61,092 bases of DNA, filler included, from 5 parts of 5 records of this genome joined end to end with filler, not necessarily neighbours in it, one strand, 5' to 3'; shown: positions 12,067 to 22,250, counted from the first letter of the whole stretch. The notes: generated from the sequence alone by a model not told the origin. Translations and numbers: made by a program.

Positions 12067-13052
12067 GACATTTTCCATCCCTCATTGCCGCGCTGACGCT
12101 GATTGCCGGACCGGCCGCTGCTGATCTAACCAGTGCGATCGACGACCATATCCTGCCGGGCTATGCCGCCTTTGCCCAAACGACGGCGGCGTTGCACGAT
12201 GCCGCCGTAGACAACTGTGCGCCCGATACCCTGCGTACCGATTGGAACGCTGCCTTCGACGCCTGGATGGGCGTCAGCCACCTGCGCTTTGGCCCGATTG
12301 AGGAAAACGGTCGTTCGGTCATCGTCGCCTTTTGGCCGGATGCCAAGGGCATGACACCCAAGGGGCTTGGCCGTCTGATCGCGGACCAAGACCCCATTGT
12401 GCAGGACCCCGAGTCGTTCAAAGATGTCTCGGTTGCTGCACGGGGTCTCTTTGCGCTGGAATTTCTGCTGTATGATCCGCAGTACGACGCGACCGCCCCC
12501 TATACCTGCGATTTGATCCGCGCCGTGACAGGGGATCTGGCTGACATCGCGGGCACGGTCAGCGCCGCCTGGAAAAACGGTTATGCCGACATGTTGCGCA
12601 CCGCCGGCGCGGCCGGAAACGCCACCTATCTGACCGAAAAAGAAGGCCTGCAGGTGCTGTACACCAACCTTCTTGCCGGGCTGGAATTCACTGCGAATGA
12701 TCGTCTTGGCCGCCCGCTTGGCACCTTTGACCGCCCGCGCCCCAACCGGGCCGAAGCGCGCCGTTCGGAGCGGTCCCTGCGCAACGTCGCGCTGTCCATC
12801 AAGGCACTCAAAGATCTGACGGACACGCTGGTCGACGAACCTTTGCCCCAGACCGATGCCGCCTTTGACAACGCTACAGAAACGGCTGCAAATCTCGATG
12901 ACCCGACCTTTGCCAGCGTCATCGACCTCAGCGCCCGGCTCAAGGTCGAAATCCTGCAACAAAAGGTCAAGGCGGTCGAAAATGGCGTGCTCGCCGAAGT
13001 TGGTCCGGCCCTTGGCGTGAGTCAGGGGTTCAACGCGGGCGACGGGGACTGA
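12063..13052 (+). CDS. Imelysin-like periplasmic protein (peptidase M75 family)
   Basis: GTG overlaps the DHOR stop; signal peptide; RFGP, FWPD, GLFALEFLLY, LGVSQGFNAGDGD C-terminus. Confidence 0.85.
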   Translation: MRHFPSLIAALTLIAGPAAADLTSAIDDHILPGYAAFAQTTAALHDAAVDNCAPDTLRTDWNAAFDAWMGVSHLRFGPIEENGRSVIVAFWPDAKGMTPKGLGRLIADQDPIVQDPESFKDVSVAARGLFALEFLLYDPQYDATAPYTCDLIRAVTGDLADIAGTVSAAWKNGYADMLRTAGAAGNATYLTEKEGLQVLYTNLLAGLEFTANDRLGRPLGTFDRPRPNRAEARRSERSLRNVALSIKALKDLTDTLVDEPLPQTDAAFDNATETAANLDDPTFASVIDLSARLKVEILQQKVKAVENGVLAEVGPALGVSQGFNAGDGD

Positions 13053-13053
13053 G

Positions 13054-14133
13054 ATGACCACAAGGCGCGGTTTCCTGGCGTCGCTTTTGGCCGCTTCGGC
13101 GCTGCCGACGCTGTCTTGGGCGGATGCGGGCAGTCCGCGATACCTAGCGGCGGCGCGCGAACCGGACGGCGGTTATGCGTTGTTCGGGTTGGATGCACTT
13201 GGCCAGGATACCTTTCGTGTGGCGCTACCCGCGCGTGGCCACGCGGCGGCAGGACATCCGCACAAACCGCTGGCCGTAGCCTTTGCTCGCCGTCCCGGGA
13301 CCTATGCGCTGGTGATCGACTGCGCCGATGGCCATGTATTACACCGTCTTGCGTTGCCAAAGGGGCGCCGTTTCAACGGGCACGGCACCTTTTCCAGCGG
13401 TGGCGGCGTGCTCTACACCTCTGAAATTGACGCTGCGTCGGGGCAGGGGGTGATCGGACTTTGGGATGCGACACGCGGCTATCTGCGCACCGGCGAATGG
13501 GCATCCCACGGGATCGGCCCGCATGAAATCGCGCGTCTTCCCGGGACGGACGATCTGGTCGTGGCCAATGGCGGCATCCACACCGCGATGGATGACGAAC
13601 GCACCATGCTGAATCTTGATACCATGGCCCCCAACCTCAGCTATTTTAACGCGCAGGGCGATCTTCTGGATCAGGTCACCCTGTCGCTGGACCTGCACCG
13701 CAATTCGATCCGCCACCTGGCGCTGCGATCGGATGGGCTGGTGGCCTTTGCCATGCAATCCGAAGATCCGGAAGGTCAATTTACGCCGCTGTTGGGTCTG
13801 CACAGGCAGGGCGCGGCGCTTGTGCTGGCGTCGGCCCCGGACCCACAGCAGATGCGCATGAAAGGCTATGCCGGCAGCATCGCCTTTAGCGGGAATGGCG
13901 CGCAGGTGGCCCTGACTTCGCCGCATGGTGGGGTGGTCAGCCTGTACAGCGCCGACGGTCAGTTCCAGACCATGCTGACCCGTGCGGATGTCTCTGGTGT
14001 CGGCCCTGCAAAGGGCGGCTTCATGACGACGGATGGGCTTGGTGGTCTGTGCGCTATCACCAAAGAAACCCTAACCCCTGTCACCTCGGCTCCGCGCGCC
14101 TGGGACAATCACCTGGTGACGCTGCCGGTCTAG
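13054..14133 (+). CDS. DUF1513 Tat-exported beta-propeller protein
   Basis: TTRRGFL twin-arginine signal; LPARGH, FARRPG, GIGPHE, ANGGIHT, WDNH motifs. Confidence 0.88.
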   Translation: MTTRRGFLASLLAASALPTLSWADAGSPRYLAAAREPDGGYALFGLDALGQDTFRVALPARGHAAAGHPHKPLAVAFARRPGTYALVIDCADGHVLHRLALPKGRRFNGHGTFSSGGGVLYTSEIDAASGQGVIGLWDATRGYLRTGEWASHGIGPHEIARLPGTDDLVVANGGIHTAMDDERTMLNLDTMAPNLSYFNAQGDLLDQVTLSLDLHRNSIRHLALRSDGLVAFAMQSEDPEGQFTPLLGLHRQGAALVLASAPDPQQMRMKGYAGSIAFSGNGAQVALTSPHGGVVSLYSADGQFQTMLTRADVSGVGPAKGGFMTTDGLGGLCAITKETLTPVTSAPRAWDNHLVTLPV

Positions 14134-14230
14134 GCAAGAGCTGATCGCCTGTTCACACAGGCCCCAGGGCCTAAGCGGTTTCGCGCCCGCCTGATCCGCT
14201 GTAGACGGTTGGAAACAGTTGGGGGCAGGC

Positions 14231-14710
14231 ATGAACAAAACACGGTATCTGGCAGAGGTCAGCGCTTCGCCCTTTCGGCGCGTGGTCGGGTTGGGGATCC
14301 TCTGGTGCCTTGGTGGGTTGCTGATTTACATGGCAATAGGCAAGCCGCTGGCCATCGGTTGGCAGATGCTTTTGGTGCTGATGGGGGCCTGCGCGCTCTG
14401 GCTCGGCTATATGATGATGCGCGCCACGACCCTTTCCCTGCACCTGACGGAACACGATCTGCGCGATAGCGCGGGCACGATACTGGCCCGGATTGAGGAC
14501 GTTGAAAAAATCGACTCCAGTGCCTTTTCACTGAAGCCGTCGAACGGATTCACGCTGATCCTGAAGCAACCGCAAACACGTTGCTGGCGGCCGGGGCTGT
14601 GGTGGCGGTTAGGTCGGCGCGTCGCGGTGGGGGGCGTTACAGCCGGATCGCAGACACGCCCCATGGCCGATATGATTGCCTTGCTGAAGGCCGGTCAAAA
14701 GCCGGACTGA
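14231..14710 (+). CDS. Conserved hypothetical membrane protein (2 TM + soluble domain)
   Basis: Two hydrophobic helices; FSLKPSNGF and WRPGLWWRLGRRVAVGGVT motifs. Confidence 0.7.
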   Translation: MNKTRYLAEVSASPFRRVVGLGILWCLGGLLIYMAIGKPLAIGWQMLLVLMGACALWLGYMMMRATTLSLHLTEHDLRDSAGTILARIEDVEKIDSSAFSLKPSNGFTLILKQPQTRCWRPGLWWRLGRRVAVGGVTAGSQTRPMADMIALLKAGQKPD

Positions 14711-15034
14711 CGCTACGGGCCACGCCCACTGTCATGACACCCTTGCCCGGGTGTTTGACCCATTCGACACCGTTTCGCCGGATGTCGTGACCAAGGTCAC
14801 GCTTTGGGGCCGAAACACACAGGCTTTCAGTAAAATTAGCGGATTATGAAGGTTTCTAGGCCTCTGTCGCCAGAAGCCGCTTTGGCCGGACGTCGGAGCG
14901 AAATGGCCGTTCCGGTGCGCCGCCGGGGTCCGTTGGAAATTGAGGGGCGTCATTCGGTAGGGGCTGGACTAGTGTGAAAGCACGAAAAACAGACGAAACC
15001 GAGTCGTCGACCGTCATCGATTTAGGAGGATTTG

Positions 15035-16471
15035 ATGTCTGCCACACCCACCCAAGAGCCGAGCTTTCGCGAAAGCGTCGATCTCATGTTCACCCGCGCG
15101 GTTGCACTGATGGATCTCAGCCCGGGGCTCGAAGAAAAAATTCGCGTCTGCAACGCCACTTATACGGTGCGCTTTGGTGTCCGGCTGCGCGGCGGCATCC
15201 AAACCTTTACCGGTTATCGGTCGGTCCATTCCGAACATATGGAACCGGTCAAGGGCGGCATTCGCTATGCCCCAAACGTCCATCAAGACGAGGTAGAGGC
15301 GCTTGCCGCGCTAATGACCTACAAATGCGCCCTTGTCGAAGCGCCTTTCGGTGGCTCAAAAGGCGGGCTGCGGATCGATCCACGGGAATACACCGAACAC
15401 GAACTGGAACTGATCACACGTCGGTTTGCCTATGAACTAGCCAAACGTGACCTCATTCACCCGTCGCAGAACGTTCCTGCCCCCGACATGGGCACTGGGG
15501 AACGCGAAATGGCCTGGATCGCGGATCAGTACCGTCGCATGAATACCACCGACATCAATGCAGCCGCCTGCGTTACTGGAAAGCCGTTGAATGCGGGTGG
15601 CATCGCCGGCCGGGTCGAGGCGACGGGCAGGGGCGTGCAATATGCGTTACAGGAATTCTTTCGCCACCCCGAAGACATCGCCAAGGCCGGTCTTTCAGGC
15701 ACGCTCGACGGCAAGACGGTGATCGTTCAGGGACTTGGAAACGTTGGATACCACGCCGCCAAGTTTCTGAGCGAGGAAGACGGCTGCCGCGTAACAGGCG
15801 TGATCGAGCGGGACGGGGCGGTGACCGATCCCGGCGGCATCGACATCGAAGATCTGCATCAATGGATCGTCGCGAACGGCGGCGTTACCGGCTACACCAA
15901 AGGTTCCGTGACCCAGAATGGCGACGCGGTGCTGGAAGAACCCTGCGATATCCTGATTCCGGCCGCGCTTGAGGGGGTCATTAACCTGACCAACGCCCAC
16001 AACATTCAGGCCCCGCTGATCATCGAAGCGGCCAATGGCCCGATCACTGCCGGCGCGGACGAAATTCTGCGCGAAAAGGGCACGGTCATTATCCCCGACA
16101 TGTTTGCCAACGCCGGTGGTGTGACGGTGTCCTACTTTGAATGGGTCAAGAACCTTAGCCACATTCGCTTTGGCCGGATGCAACGCCGACAGGAGGAATC
16201 GCGCCACCAGCTGGTCGTGGATGAGCTGGAACGTATCTCTGAATCGCTGGGCAAGACCTGGTCGCTAAGCCCGGATTTCAAACAGAAATACTTGCGCGGC
16301 GCAGGAGAGCTTGAGCTAGTCCGGTCGGGCCTGGATGACACGATGCGCATCGCCTACCAATCCATGCGCGAGGTTTGGCATGGGCGCGGGGACGTGACGG
16401 ATCTGCGCACGGCGGCCTATCTCGTCTCGATCGGCAAGGTCGCGGCAAGCTATCGCGCCAAGGGGCTGTAG
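15035..16471 (+). CDS. gdhA: Glu/Leu/Phe/Val family glutamate dehydrogenase
   Basis: SD AGGAGG; PVKGGIRY, PFGGSKGG, VPAPDMGT, QGLGNVG, EAANGP, NAGGVTVSYFEW. Confidence 0.95.
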   Translation: MSATPTQEPSFRESVDLMFTRAVALMDLSPGLEEKIRVCNATYTVRFGVRLRGGIQTFTGYRSVHSEHMEPVKGGIRYAPNVHQDEVEALAALMTYKCALVEAPFGGSKGGLRIDPREYTEHELELITRRFAYELAKRDLIHPSQNVPAPDMGTGEREMAWIADQYRRMNTTDINAAACVTGKPLNAGGIAGRVEATGRGVQYALQEFFRHPEDIAKAGLSGTLDGKTVIVQGLGNVGYHAAKFLSEEDGCRVTGVIERDGAVTDPGGIDIEDLHQWIVANGGVTGYTKGSVTQNGDAVLEEPCDILIPAALEGVINLTNAHNIQAPLIIEAANGPITAGADEILREKGTVIIPDMFANAGGVTVSYFEWVKNLSHIRFGRMQRRQEESRHQLVVDELERISESLGKTWSLSPDFKQKYLRGAGELELVRSGLDDTMRIAYQSMREVWHGRGDVTDLRTAAYLVSIGKVAASYRAKGL

Positions 16472-16583
16472 GCCCGGAATACCCGCAGGGCGGGCCGCGC
16501 GGATATTTCGGCGCCCCGCTTCCCTTTGTCCACGCAATCGCGCAGTCTGTGGTTCAGACAGCTGACAATCAGGGGGCGGCGAT

Positions 16584-17174
16584 ATGCAGACCGATCTTGA
16601 ATTTTCCTGCGCTTGCGGCGCGCTCGCGGGTGTTTTACACCACGCCATCCCGCGTGAGGTATGTCATCTGATCTGCTATTGCCGTGACTGTCGCGCCTTT
16701 GCGCGCCATATGGGGGTCGCGGATCAGCTTGAACCTGGCGGCGGCACCCCGCTGATTCAGGTGCTGCCCGCGCGGATCGACATCACTGAAGGGGCGGAAC
16801 ACATCGCCTGTCTGCGCCTGTCGGAAAAGGGTTTGCACCGCTGGTATGCCGCCTGCTGCGGCACGCCGCTGGCCAACACTGTGGGCACGTCTCGCGTGCC
16901 GCTGGCGGGTGTGTGGCGTCCGCTATTTGCGGATGCTGCGCCTTTGGGGCCGGTCGGCACCTATGGCTTTACCAAAATGGCGCTGCCCGGCGCCGGTGCG
17001 CCGGGCAAGGACAAAGGTATTGTCGCGATGCTGGGTGGGTTGCTGCTCAGATCCGCAACTGGTTATCTTTCCGGAATCGCGCGCCAGAGCCCGTTCTTTG
17101 ACGTCCAAGGACAGCCTGTCGCCACGCCAAAGGTGCTAAGCGCGCAGGAACGTACTGCCGCCTATTCCGCATGA
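16584..17174 (+). CDS. DUF6151 / GFA-like Zn-binding protein
   Basis: CACG, CYCRDC, RWYAACCGTP motifs. Confidence 0.8.
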   Translation: MQTDLEFSCACGALAGVLHHAIPREVCHLICYCRDCRAFARHMGVADQLEPGGGTPLIQVLPARIDITEGAEHIACLRLSEKGLHRWYAACCGTPLANTVGTSRVPLAGVWRPLFADAAPLGPVGTYGFTKMALPGAGAPGKDKGIVAMLGGLLLRSATGYLSGIARQSPFFDVQGQPVATPKVLSAQERTAAYSA

Positions 17175-17272
17175 TCCAAGCTGTAATATGGCAGCGACAT
17201 CATGTGTCGCATTCCATCTAGGCCTGGTTGTCGCGCTGTTGCTACTCTGATGCGATCGATCTGGAGACGTTC

Positions 17273-18379
17273 ATGAAATTTTCCGCCCTGCGCATCCTCA
17301 AGGAAGGCCTGACCGGCAATAAAGGCTGGACGCCGCACTGGCGCGACCCCGACCCGAAATCCGAATATGACATCGCGATCATCGGCGGCGGCGGGCATGG
17401 TCTGTCAACGGCCTATTATCTGGCCAAAGAGCATGGGCTGCGCAACATCGCCGTTTTGGAAAAAGGCTATATCGGTGGCGGCAATGTGGGCCGCAACACG
17501 ACCATTGTGCGGGCCAATTATTTTCTGCCCGGCAATTCCGAATTCTATTCCCATTCGCTGAAGCTGTGGGAGGGGTTGGAGGCGGATCTCAACTACAACG
17601 TGATGCATTCCCAGCGCGGGCTGATCAACCTTTTCCATTCTGACGGGCAGCGCGACGCCTTTGCGCGGCGCGGCAATGCGATGATCACCCAAGGCGACGA
17701 TGCGGTGCTGCTGGATCGCAAGGGGGTGGAAAAACATCTACCGTACCTTGATTTCGACAATACCCGTTTCCCGATCTACGGTGGTCTTCTGCACGCGCGG
17801 GGGGGGACGGCCCGCCATGACGCGGTGGCCTGGGGCTATGCCCGCGGCGCGGACCAGCGCGGTGTCGACCTGCTGCAGAATTGTGAGGTTACTGGGATCG
17901 ACATCGAAAACGGTGCGGTAAAGGGCGTCCAGACCACGCGTGGCATCATCCGGGCCAAGAAGGTCGGGATCGTTGTCGCGGGCCGGTCGGGTCAGGTGGC
18001 GGCTATGGCGGGTATGCGGCTGCCGATCGAAAGCCACGTATTGCAGGCCTTTGTGACCGAGGGGTTAAAGCCCTGCATCGACCATGTGGTAAGTTTCGGC
18101 ATGGGGCATTTCTATATTAGCCAGTCCGACAAGGGTGGGCTGGTCTTTGGCGGTGATCTGGATTTTTACGCATCCTATGCGGCGCGGGGCAACCTGCCGA
18201 TGAAAGAACATGTGATGGAGGCGGCGATGACCCTGATGCCGATGATCGGCAAGGCAAAGGTGCTGCGTTCCTGGGGCGGGATCATGGACATGACGCCGGA
18301 CGGATCGCCCATCATTGACCGGACGGGTATCGACGGGCTCTATATTGACTGCGGCTGGTGTTACGGCGGGTTCAAGGCG
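17273..18379 (+). CDS. soxB: Sarcosine oxidase subunit beta, 3'-truncated
   Basis: IIGGGGHG FAD motif, GGNVGRNTTIVR, GGTARHDAVAWGYAR, GWCYGGFKA. Confidence 0.95.
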
Positions 18380-18479
18380 NNNNNNNNNNNNNNNNNNNNN
18401 NNNNNNNNNNNNNNNNNNNNNNNTTAATTAATTAANNNNNNNNNNNNNNNNNNNNNNNNNNNNNNNNNNNNNNNNNNNN
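18380..18479. other. Artificial contig spacer
   Basis: 44 N + TTAATTAATTAA + 44 N. Confidence 0.98.
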
Positions 18480-18534
18480 TATTTCGAGGACAGCGATGAA
18501 CAGGACTGAAATCAAACAACGGTTAGAGGACTGA

Positions 18535-19065
18535 ATGACAGCAACGTGGTATGCAGTAATGACAGGGCCTCAAATGGAGTTCGCCGCAAACACGAATCTC
18601 CAACGCCAAGGATATTGGACATGGTTGCCGCATGAGCGCATCAGGCTAAGACAGAAGATACCCAACCGGGACGCCTACAAGGTTATCGACACCGAGCGGG
18701 CCTATTTCCCGAGGTACCTGTTTGCCGCCTTGCGCAAGCCCAGTGAGAGCATTTACGGCATTAACGAAACTGACGGGGTTTCAACCGTCGTGTACCAGGG
18801 CGGCGAGCCTTATCCGATACCGAATCAAGTGATGGATGAGTTGATGGCTCGTGCCGATGTAACGGGCTTTGTTCGGCAAGTAGATAAGGTCTCGCGCAAG
18901 AGATTCAAAAAAGGCACCAAAGTGAAATTCAAAGATGAGTCCCCGCTGGCCGGCCTTTTAGCTTCGGTGAGTATTGACAAGGGTTCTTCCGTCCGTATAT
19001 TTTTAGAGTTGTTAGGGAAGAGTCGTGAAATATCGGTTGACCCTGACTTACTCGCAGCGGAATAG
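18535..19065 (+). CDS. NusG/RfaH-family transcription antiterminator paralogue
   Basis: NGN domain WYAVMT.PQ.E, YFPRYLF, INETDGVSTVV, PYPIP; KOW-like FKKGTKVKF...PLAG; VRIFLELLG. Confidence 0.88.
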   Translation: MTATWYAVMTGPQMEFAANTNLQRQGYWTWLPHERIRLRQKIPNRDAYKVIDTERAYFPRYLFAALRKPSESIYGINETDGVSTVVYQGGEPYPIPNQVMDELMARADVTGFVRQVDKVSRKRFKKGTKVKFKDESPLAGLLASVSIDKGSSVRIFLELLGKSREISVDPDLLAAE

Positions 19066-19174
19066 CTGCACGCGTCGTTTCGACTGGCCCGAGGCAGGCG
19101 AATAACAAAGCCCCAGGTTCCCGGAAACGGCCCGCCAATTGGCTGAAGACGCCTTGTGCGTCGTTAGAGTTGTC

Positions 19175-19205
19175 CCCGCCCGGTAGCCCCGAGGCGGGTT
19201 TTTCT
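19175..19205 (+). terminator. Intrinsic terminator in the late leader
   Basis: CCCGCC-N12-GGCGGG followed by TTTTTCT. Confidence 0.65.
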
Positions 19206-19216
19206 ATGAGGACATC

Positions 19217-19405
19217 ATGGACGAGCGAGACAAAGCAAACGTTGAAGGGTTGAAGCAGACCCTCGCCGAGGCTGCCGAGAGCAACAGCAACGCTATTGTG
19301 CGCCCGCAAGACGCCAAGGACTATGCTGAATCTATCCAGCGCACTCTTGATCAGGCATTCGACAAGGATGCGCAGCGAAACATGGCGGAGAATAAGGACG
19401 GGTAA
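19217..19405 (+). CDS. Small hypothetical phage protein (62 aa)
   Basis: SD GAGGA; stop overlaps the terS start (TAATG). Confidence 0.7.
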   Translation: MDERDKANVEGLKQTLAEAAESNSNAIVRPQDAKDYAESIQRTLDQAFDKDAQRNMAENKDG

Positions 19406-19863
19406 TGGCGAAGCTGACAGCCAAACAATCCCGCTTCGTCGAGGAATACCTCATCGACCTGAACGCGACCCAGGCTGCGATCCGCGCCGGGTACAGTGAA
19501 AAGACGGCCGGCTCGATGGGCCACGAGAACCTTAAAAAACCCGAAATCGCCGAAGCGATCGCAAGCGTTCGCGGGAAAATCGCTGAAAAGGCCGAAGTCA
19601 CGCGCGAATGGATCATCGACAAGCTGCGCACGAACGTCGAGCAATGCATCGACTCCACGGCGGACAGCTACAACCCGGCCGCCGCGAACAAGGCCCTTGA
19701 ACTGCTCGGTAAGGAACACCGGATGTTCGTAGACCGGCGGTTGCTGGGCGTCCGGCACATCGACGACATGAGCGAGGAGGAGTTGCTTGAATTCCTTGGC
19801 GGCGAACCCGACGCTGAAGAACTCAGCAAGGCGGCAAGCACTACGCAGGTTGGCCACGCTTAG
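19405..19863 (+). CDS. terS: Terminase small subunit
   Basis: LTAKQSRFVEEYLIDLNATQAAIRAGYSEKTA (Terminase_2 HTH); KALELLGK. Confidence 0.95.
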   Translation: MAKLTAKQSRFVEEYLIDLNATQAAIRAGYSEKTAGSMGHENLKKPEIAEAIASVRGKIAEKAEVTREWIIDKLRTNVEQCIDSTADSYNPAAANKALELLGKEHRMFVDRRLLGVRHIDDMSEEELLEFLGGEPDAEELSKAASTTQVGHA

Positions 19864-21340
19864 ACGGATCGGCTCGGTCGTCTGGGCGCCGCACCCCGAT
19901 AACGCGCCGCAATCCACCGCGTTCGAGAGCGAGGCCGACGAGGTTCTATACGGCGGCTCGGCCGGCGGTGGTAAATCCGACCTGCTGCTGGGCACGGCGT
20001 TGACACGGCATCGCAAGGCCATCGTCTTGCGCAAGCAGAAGCAGGACGCCAAGGCTCTGATCGATCGCGCCGGGGAAATCCTCGGGGATTTCGGGCGCTG
20101 GAACGGTCAGGATCGCACGTACATCACGGGCGATGGTCGGGAGTTGGAATTCGGCCATTGCTCAAGGCCCGGCGACGAGGAATCCTTTCAGGGCCGCGCC
20201 AAGGACTTTTACGGGTTCGACGAACTCGCGCATTTCACGCAAGCCGAGTACACGTTCATCACCGGCTGGCTTCGGTCGACCGACCCGAACCAACGGTGCC
20301 GCATCGTGGCCGCCTCAAACCCGCCGCTCACCGCCGAAGGGGCGTGGCTGATAGCCCGCTGGGCGCCGTGGCTCGATAGGAACCACCCGAACCCGGCCGA
20401 ACCGGGCGAATTGCGCTGGTTCGCGACTTTGGACGGCCGGGATACCGAAGTCTCGGGGCCGAAGCCGTTCAAGCATACGGACAAGAGTGGCAAGGTCGAG
20501 ACCGTCTACCCTCGCTCGCGGACGTTCATCCCGGCGAAACTAGACGACAACCCGTATTATGCACGGTCCGGCTACCGCAGCGTTTTGCAGGCCATGCCGG
20601 AACCGCAGCGCACGGCTTTGCTCGAGGGCCGGTTCGACGCGGCTATGCAGGACGACGCCTGGCAGGTCATCCCGACGGCCTGGATCGAGGCGGCGATGGC
20701 GCGGTGGACCCGGCAAAAGCCGGGCGCGATGAGCGCGGCCGGCGTCGACGTGGCGCGCGGCGGACAGGCGCAGACGGTCATCGCGCCCCGCCATGGCAAC
20801 TGGTACGGGGAACTGGTTGCCGTCCCTGGGGTAGACACGCCGACCGGCGTTCATGCCGCGGGCCGGGTGTTGCAGGAACTCCGCGACGGCGCGCCGGCGC
20901 ATGTCGATATCATCGGCGTCGGGGCGGCCTGTTACGAGCATCTCGATTCCATGGGCACGCCCGCCGTTGCGATGGATGCGCGACTCAAGTCTGAAAAGCA
21001 TGATCGATCGGGCAAACTTGGCTTTGCCAACCAACGGGCCGAATGGTGGTGGGGAATGCGCGAGGCGCTGGACCCCGAAACCGGCGACGACATCGCCCTG
21101 CCACCCGATAGCGAGTTAAAGGCCGATCTGACCGCGCCCCGGTACAAGGCGACGCCGCGTGGCGTGCAAGTGGAGCCGAAGGAAGACATCGAGGAACGGC
21201 TCGGGCGCAGCGTCGACAAGGGAGATGCGGCCGTCATGGCGTTGCCGGACATCTTGCCGATCGAGAAGCGCACGCGGCGCAACAGGCCCAAGCCGACCCG
21301 CGCGAACAGCCGGTACAACGCGCAAAGGCCATGGCAATGA
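19787..21340 (+). CDS. terL: Terminase large subunit
   Basis: Walker A YGGSAGGGKS, Walker B FYGFDE, ASNP coupling motif, nuclease GVDVARGG and D.GDA; TTG start is uncertain. Confidence 0.95.
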   Translation: MNSLAANPTLKNSARRQALRRLATLRRIGSVVWAPHPDNAPQSTAFESEADEVLYGGSAGGGKSDLLLGTALTRHRKAIVLRKQKQDAKALIDRAGEILGDFGRWNGQDRTYITGDGRELEFGHCSRPGDEESFQGRAKDFYGFDELAHFTQAEYTFITGWLRSTDPNQRCRIVAASNPPLTAEGAWLIARWAPWLDRNHPNPAEPGELRWFATLDGRDTEVSGPKPFKHTDKSGKVETVYPRSRTFIPAKLDDNPYYARSGYRSVLQAMPEPQRTALLEGRFDAAMQDDAWQVIPTAWIEAAMARWTRQKPGAMSAAGVDVARGGQAQTVIAPRHGNWYGELVAVPGVDTPTGVHAAGRVLQELRDGAPAHVDIIGVGAACYEHLDSMGTPAVAMDARLKSEKHDRSGKLGFANQRAEWWWGMREALDPETGDDIALPPDSELKADLTAPRYKATPRGVQVEPKEDIEERLGRSVDKGDAAVMALPDILPIEKRTRRNRPKPTRANSRYNAQRPWQ

Positions 21341-21507
21341 CCGAATTGACCAAGGAAGACATAAAGAACGGCTGGACCAAGGAATCGCTGGCCCGGTACC
21401 ACAAGGAGCGCGAGGCCGCGGCGAACGAACGCATGGACCCGGCGCAACGCCAGCATCGCCCGACACGGCAAAACAACCGGTATTCGAAACTGAGGTGGCG
21501 GCGGTGA
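21337..21507 (+). CDS. 56-aa protein absent from the ORF track (MTELTKEDIKNGWTKESL...RPTRQNNRYSKLRWRR)
   Basis: ATGA overlap with the terL stop and GTGA overlap with the next start. Confidence 0.75.
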   Translation: MTELTKEDIKNGWTKESLARYHKEREAAANERMDPAQRQHRPTRQNNRYSKLRWRR

Positions 21508-21953
21508 AAATTGGCGACACGCTCGAATCGGCCGCCTGGATGACGGGCGAGGAAGGCCCGGAAGACCTGGCGCTGTGGCGCGCCCGCACCATGGAGGCCA
21601 TCGGCGAGTTGTGCAAGGAAATGGGATACGAGCACGGGCCGATCAGTTTTCACGAGCGCAAGCCCGGGGATGAGCGGGTGCCGGACGTGCCGGACGAAAT
21701 CGCCGGTCCTGACGTGCGCTTGCTGGTCGCGGAGGCCGAGGTCACCGCCAAGGTGCAAATCCAGGTCAACAGCTTCCTCGGTGACCTGGAGCGCAAGGAC
21801 CTACAACGGTTGCGCCGCATCACGCGCCGCGCCTACCGCAAGCAATTCCCACACCGCCCCGCGCTTACCCGCGAACAATGCGATGCCATCATCGAGGAAA
21901 TGGGACCGTCGGCGGCCTATGACGCGGTTCGCCACGCCACCGAGATCAACTAG
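21504..21953 (+). CDS. Hypothetical phage protein (149 aa, MKIGDTLE...)
   Basis: GTG start with SD GAGGTGG; coupled to the upstream ORF. Confidence 0.75.
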   Translation: MKIGDTLESAAWMTGEEGPEDLALWRARTMEAIGELCKEMGYEHGPISFHERKPGDERVPDVPDEIAGPDVRLLVAEAEVTAKVQIQVNSFLGDLERKDLQRLRRITRRAYRKQFPHRPALTREQCDAIIEEMGPSAAYDAVRHATEIN

Positions 21954-21962
21954 GAGCGTTTC

Positions 21963-22244
21963 ATGGCCAATCTGGTAACCATCGGCGAATACGAAGACGC
22001 GGTCGAAACCGCGAAAGGGTTTGTCACCGAACAGCAGGTCGACTTCACGGCCGGCGAAACGGATAGTGCGGCGTTCAACGCAGCCACTCGGCGCATCCGG
22101 GTGGCCTGCGACACCGACTGCCGGTTCCGTCTCGGCGCTGCTGTCGATGCGCAAACGACCAGTCAGTTCCTGTTCGCCAATCAGGTCGAGTATTTCACCG
22201 TCGACAAGGGCGCCGGCTGGGTTCTGTCGGTCCGCGCGGCGTAA
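21963..22244 (+). CDS. Small beta-rich phage protein, possible virion accessory
   Basis: SD AGGAG; alternating beta-strand pattern. Confidence 0.7.
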   Translation: MANLVTIGEYEDAVETAKGFVTEQQVDFTAGETDSAAFNAATRRIRVACDTDCRFRLGAAVDAQTTSQFLFANQVEYFTVDKGAGWVLSVRAA

Positions 22245-22250
22245 TCGTTC

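Noticed and set aside
21159-21503. 264-aa ORF with a long N-terminal extension
   Set aside because: The extension overlaps terL and the 56-aa gene; GTG 21504 has an SD and a coupling overlap
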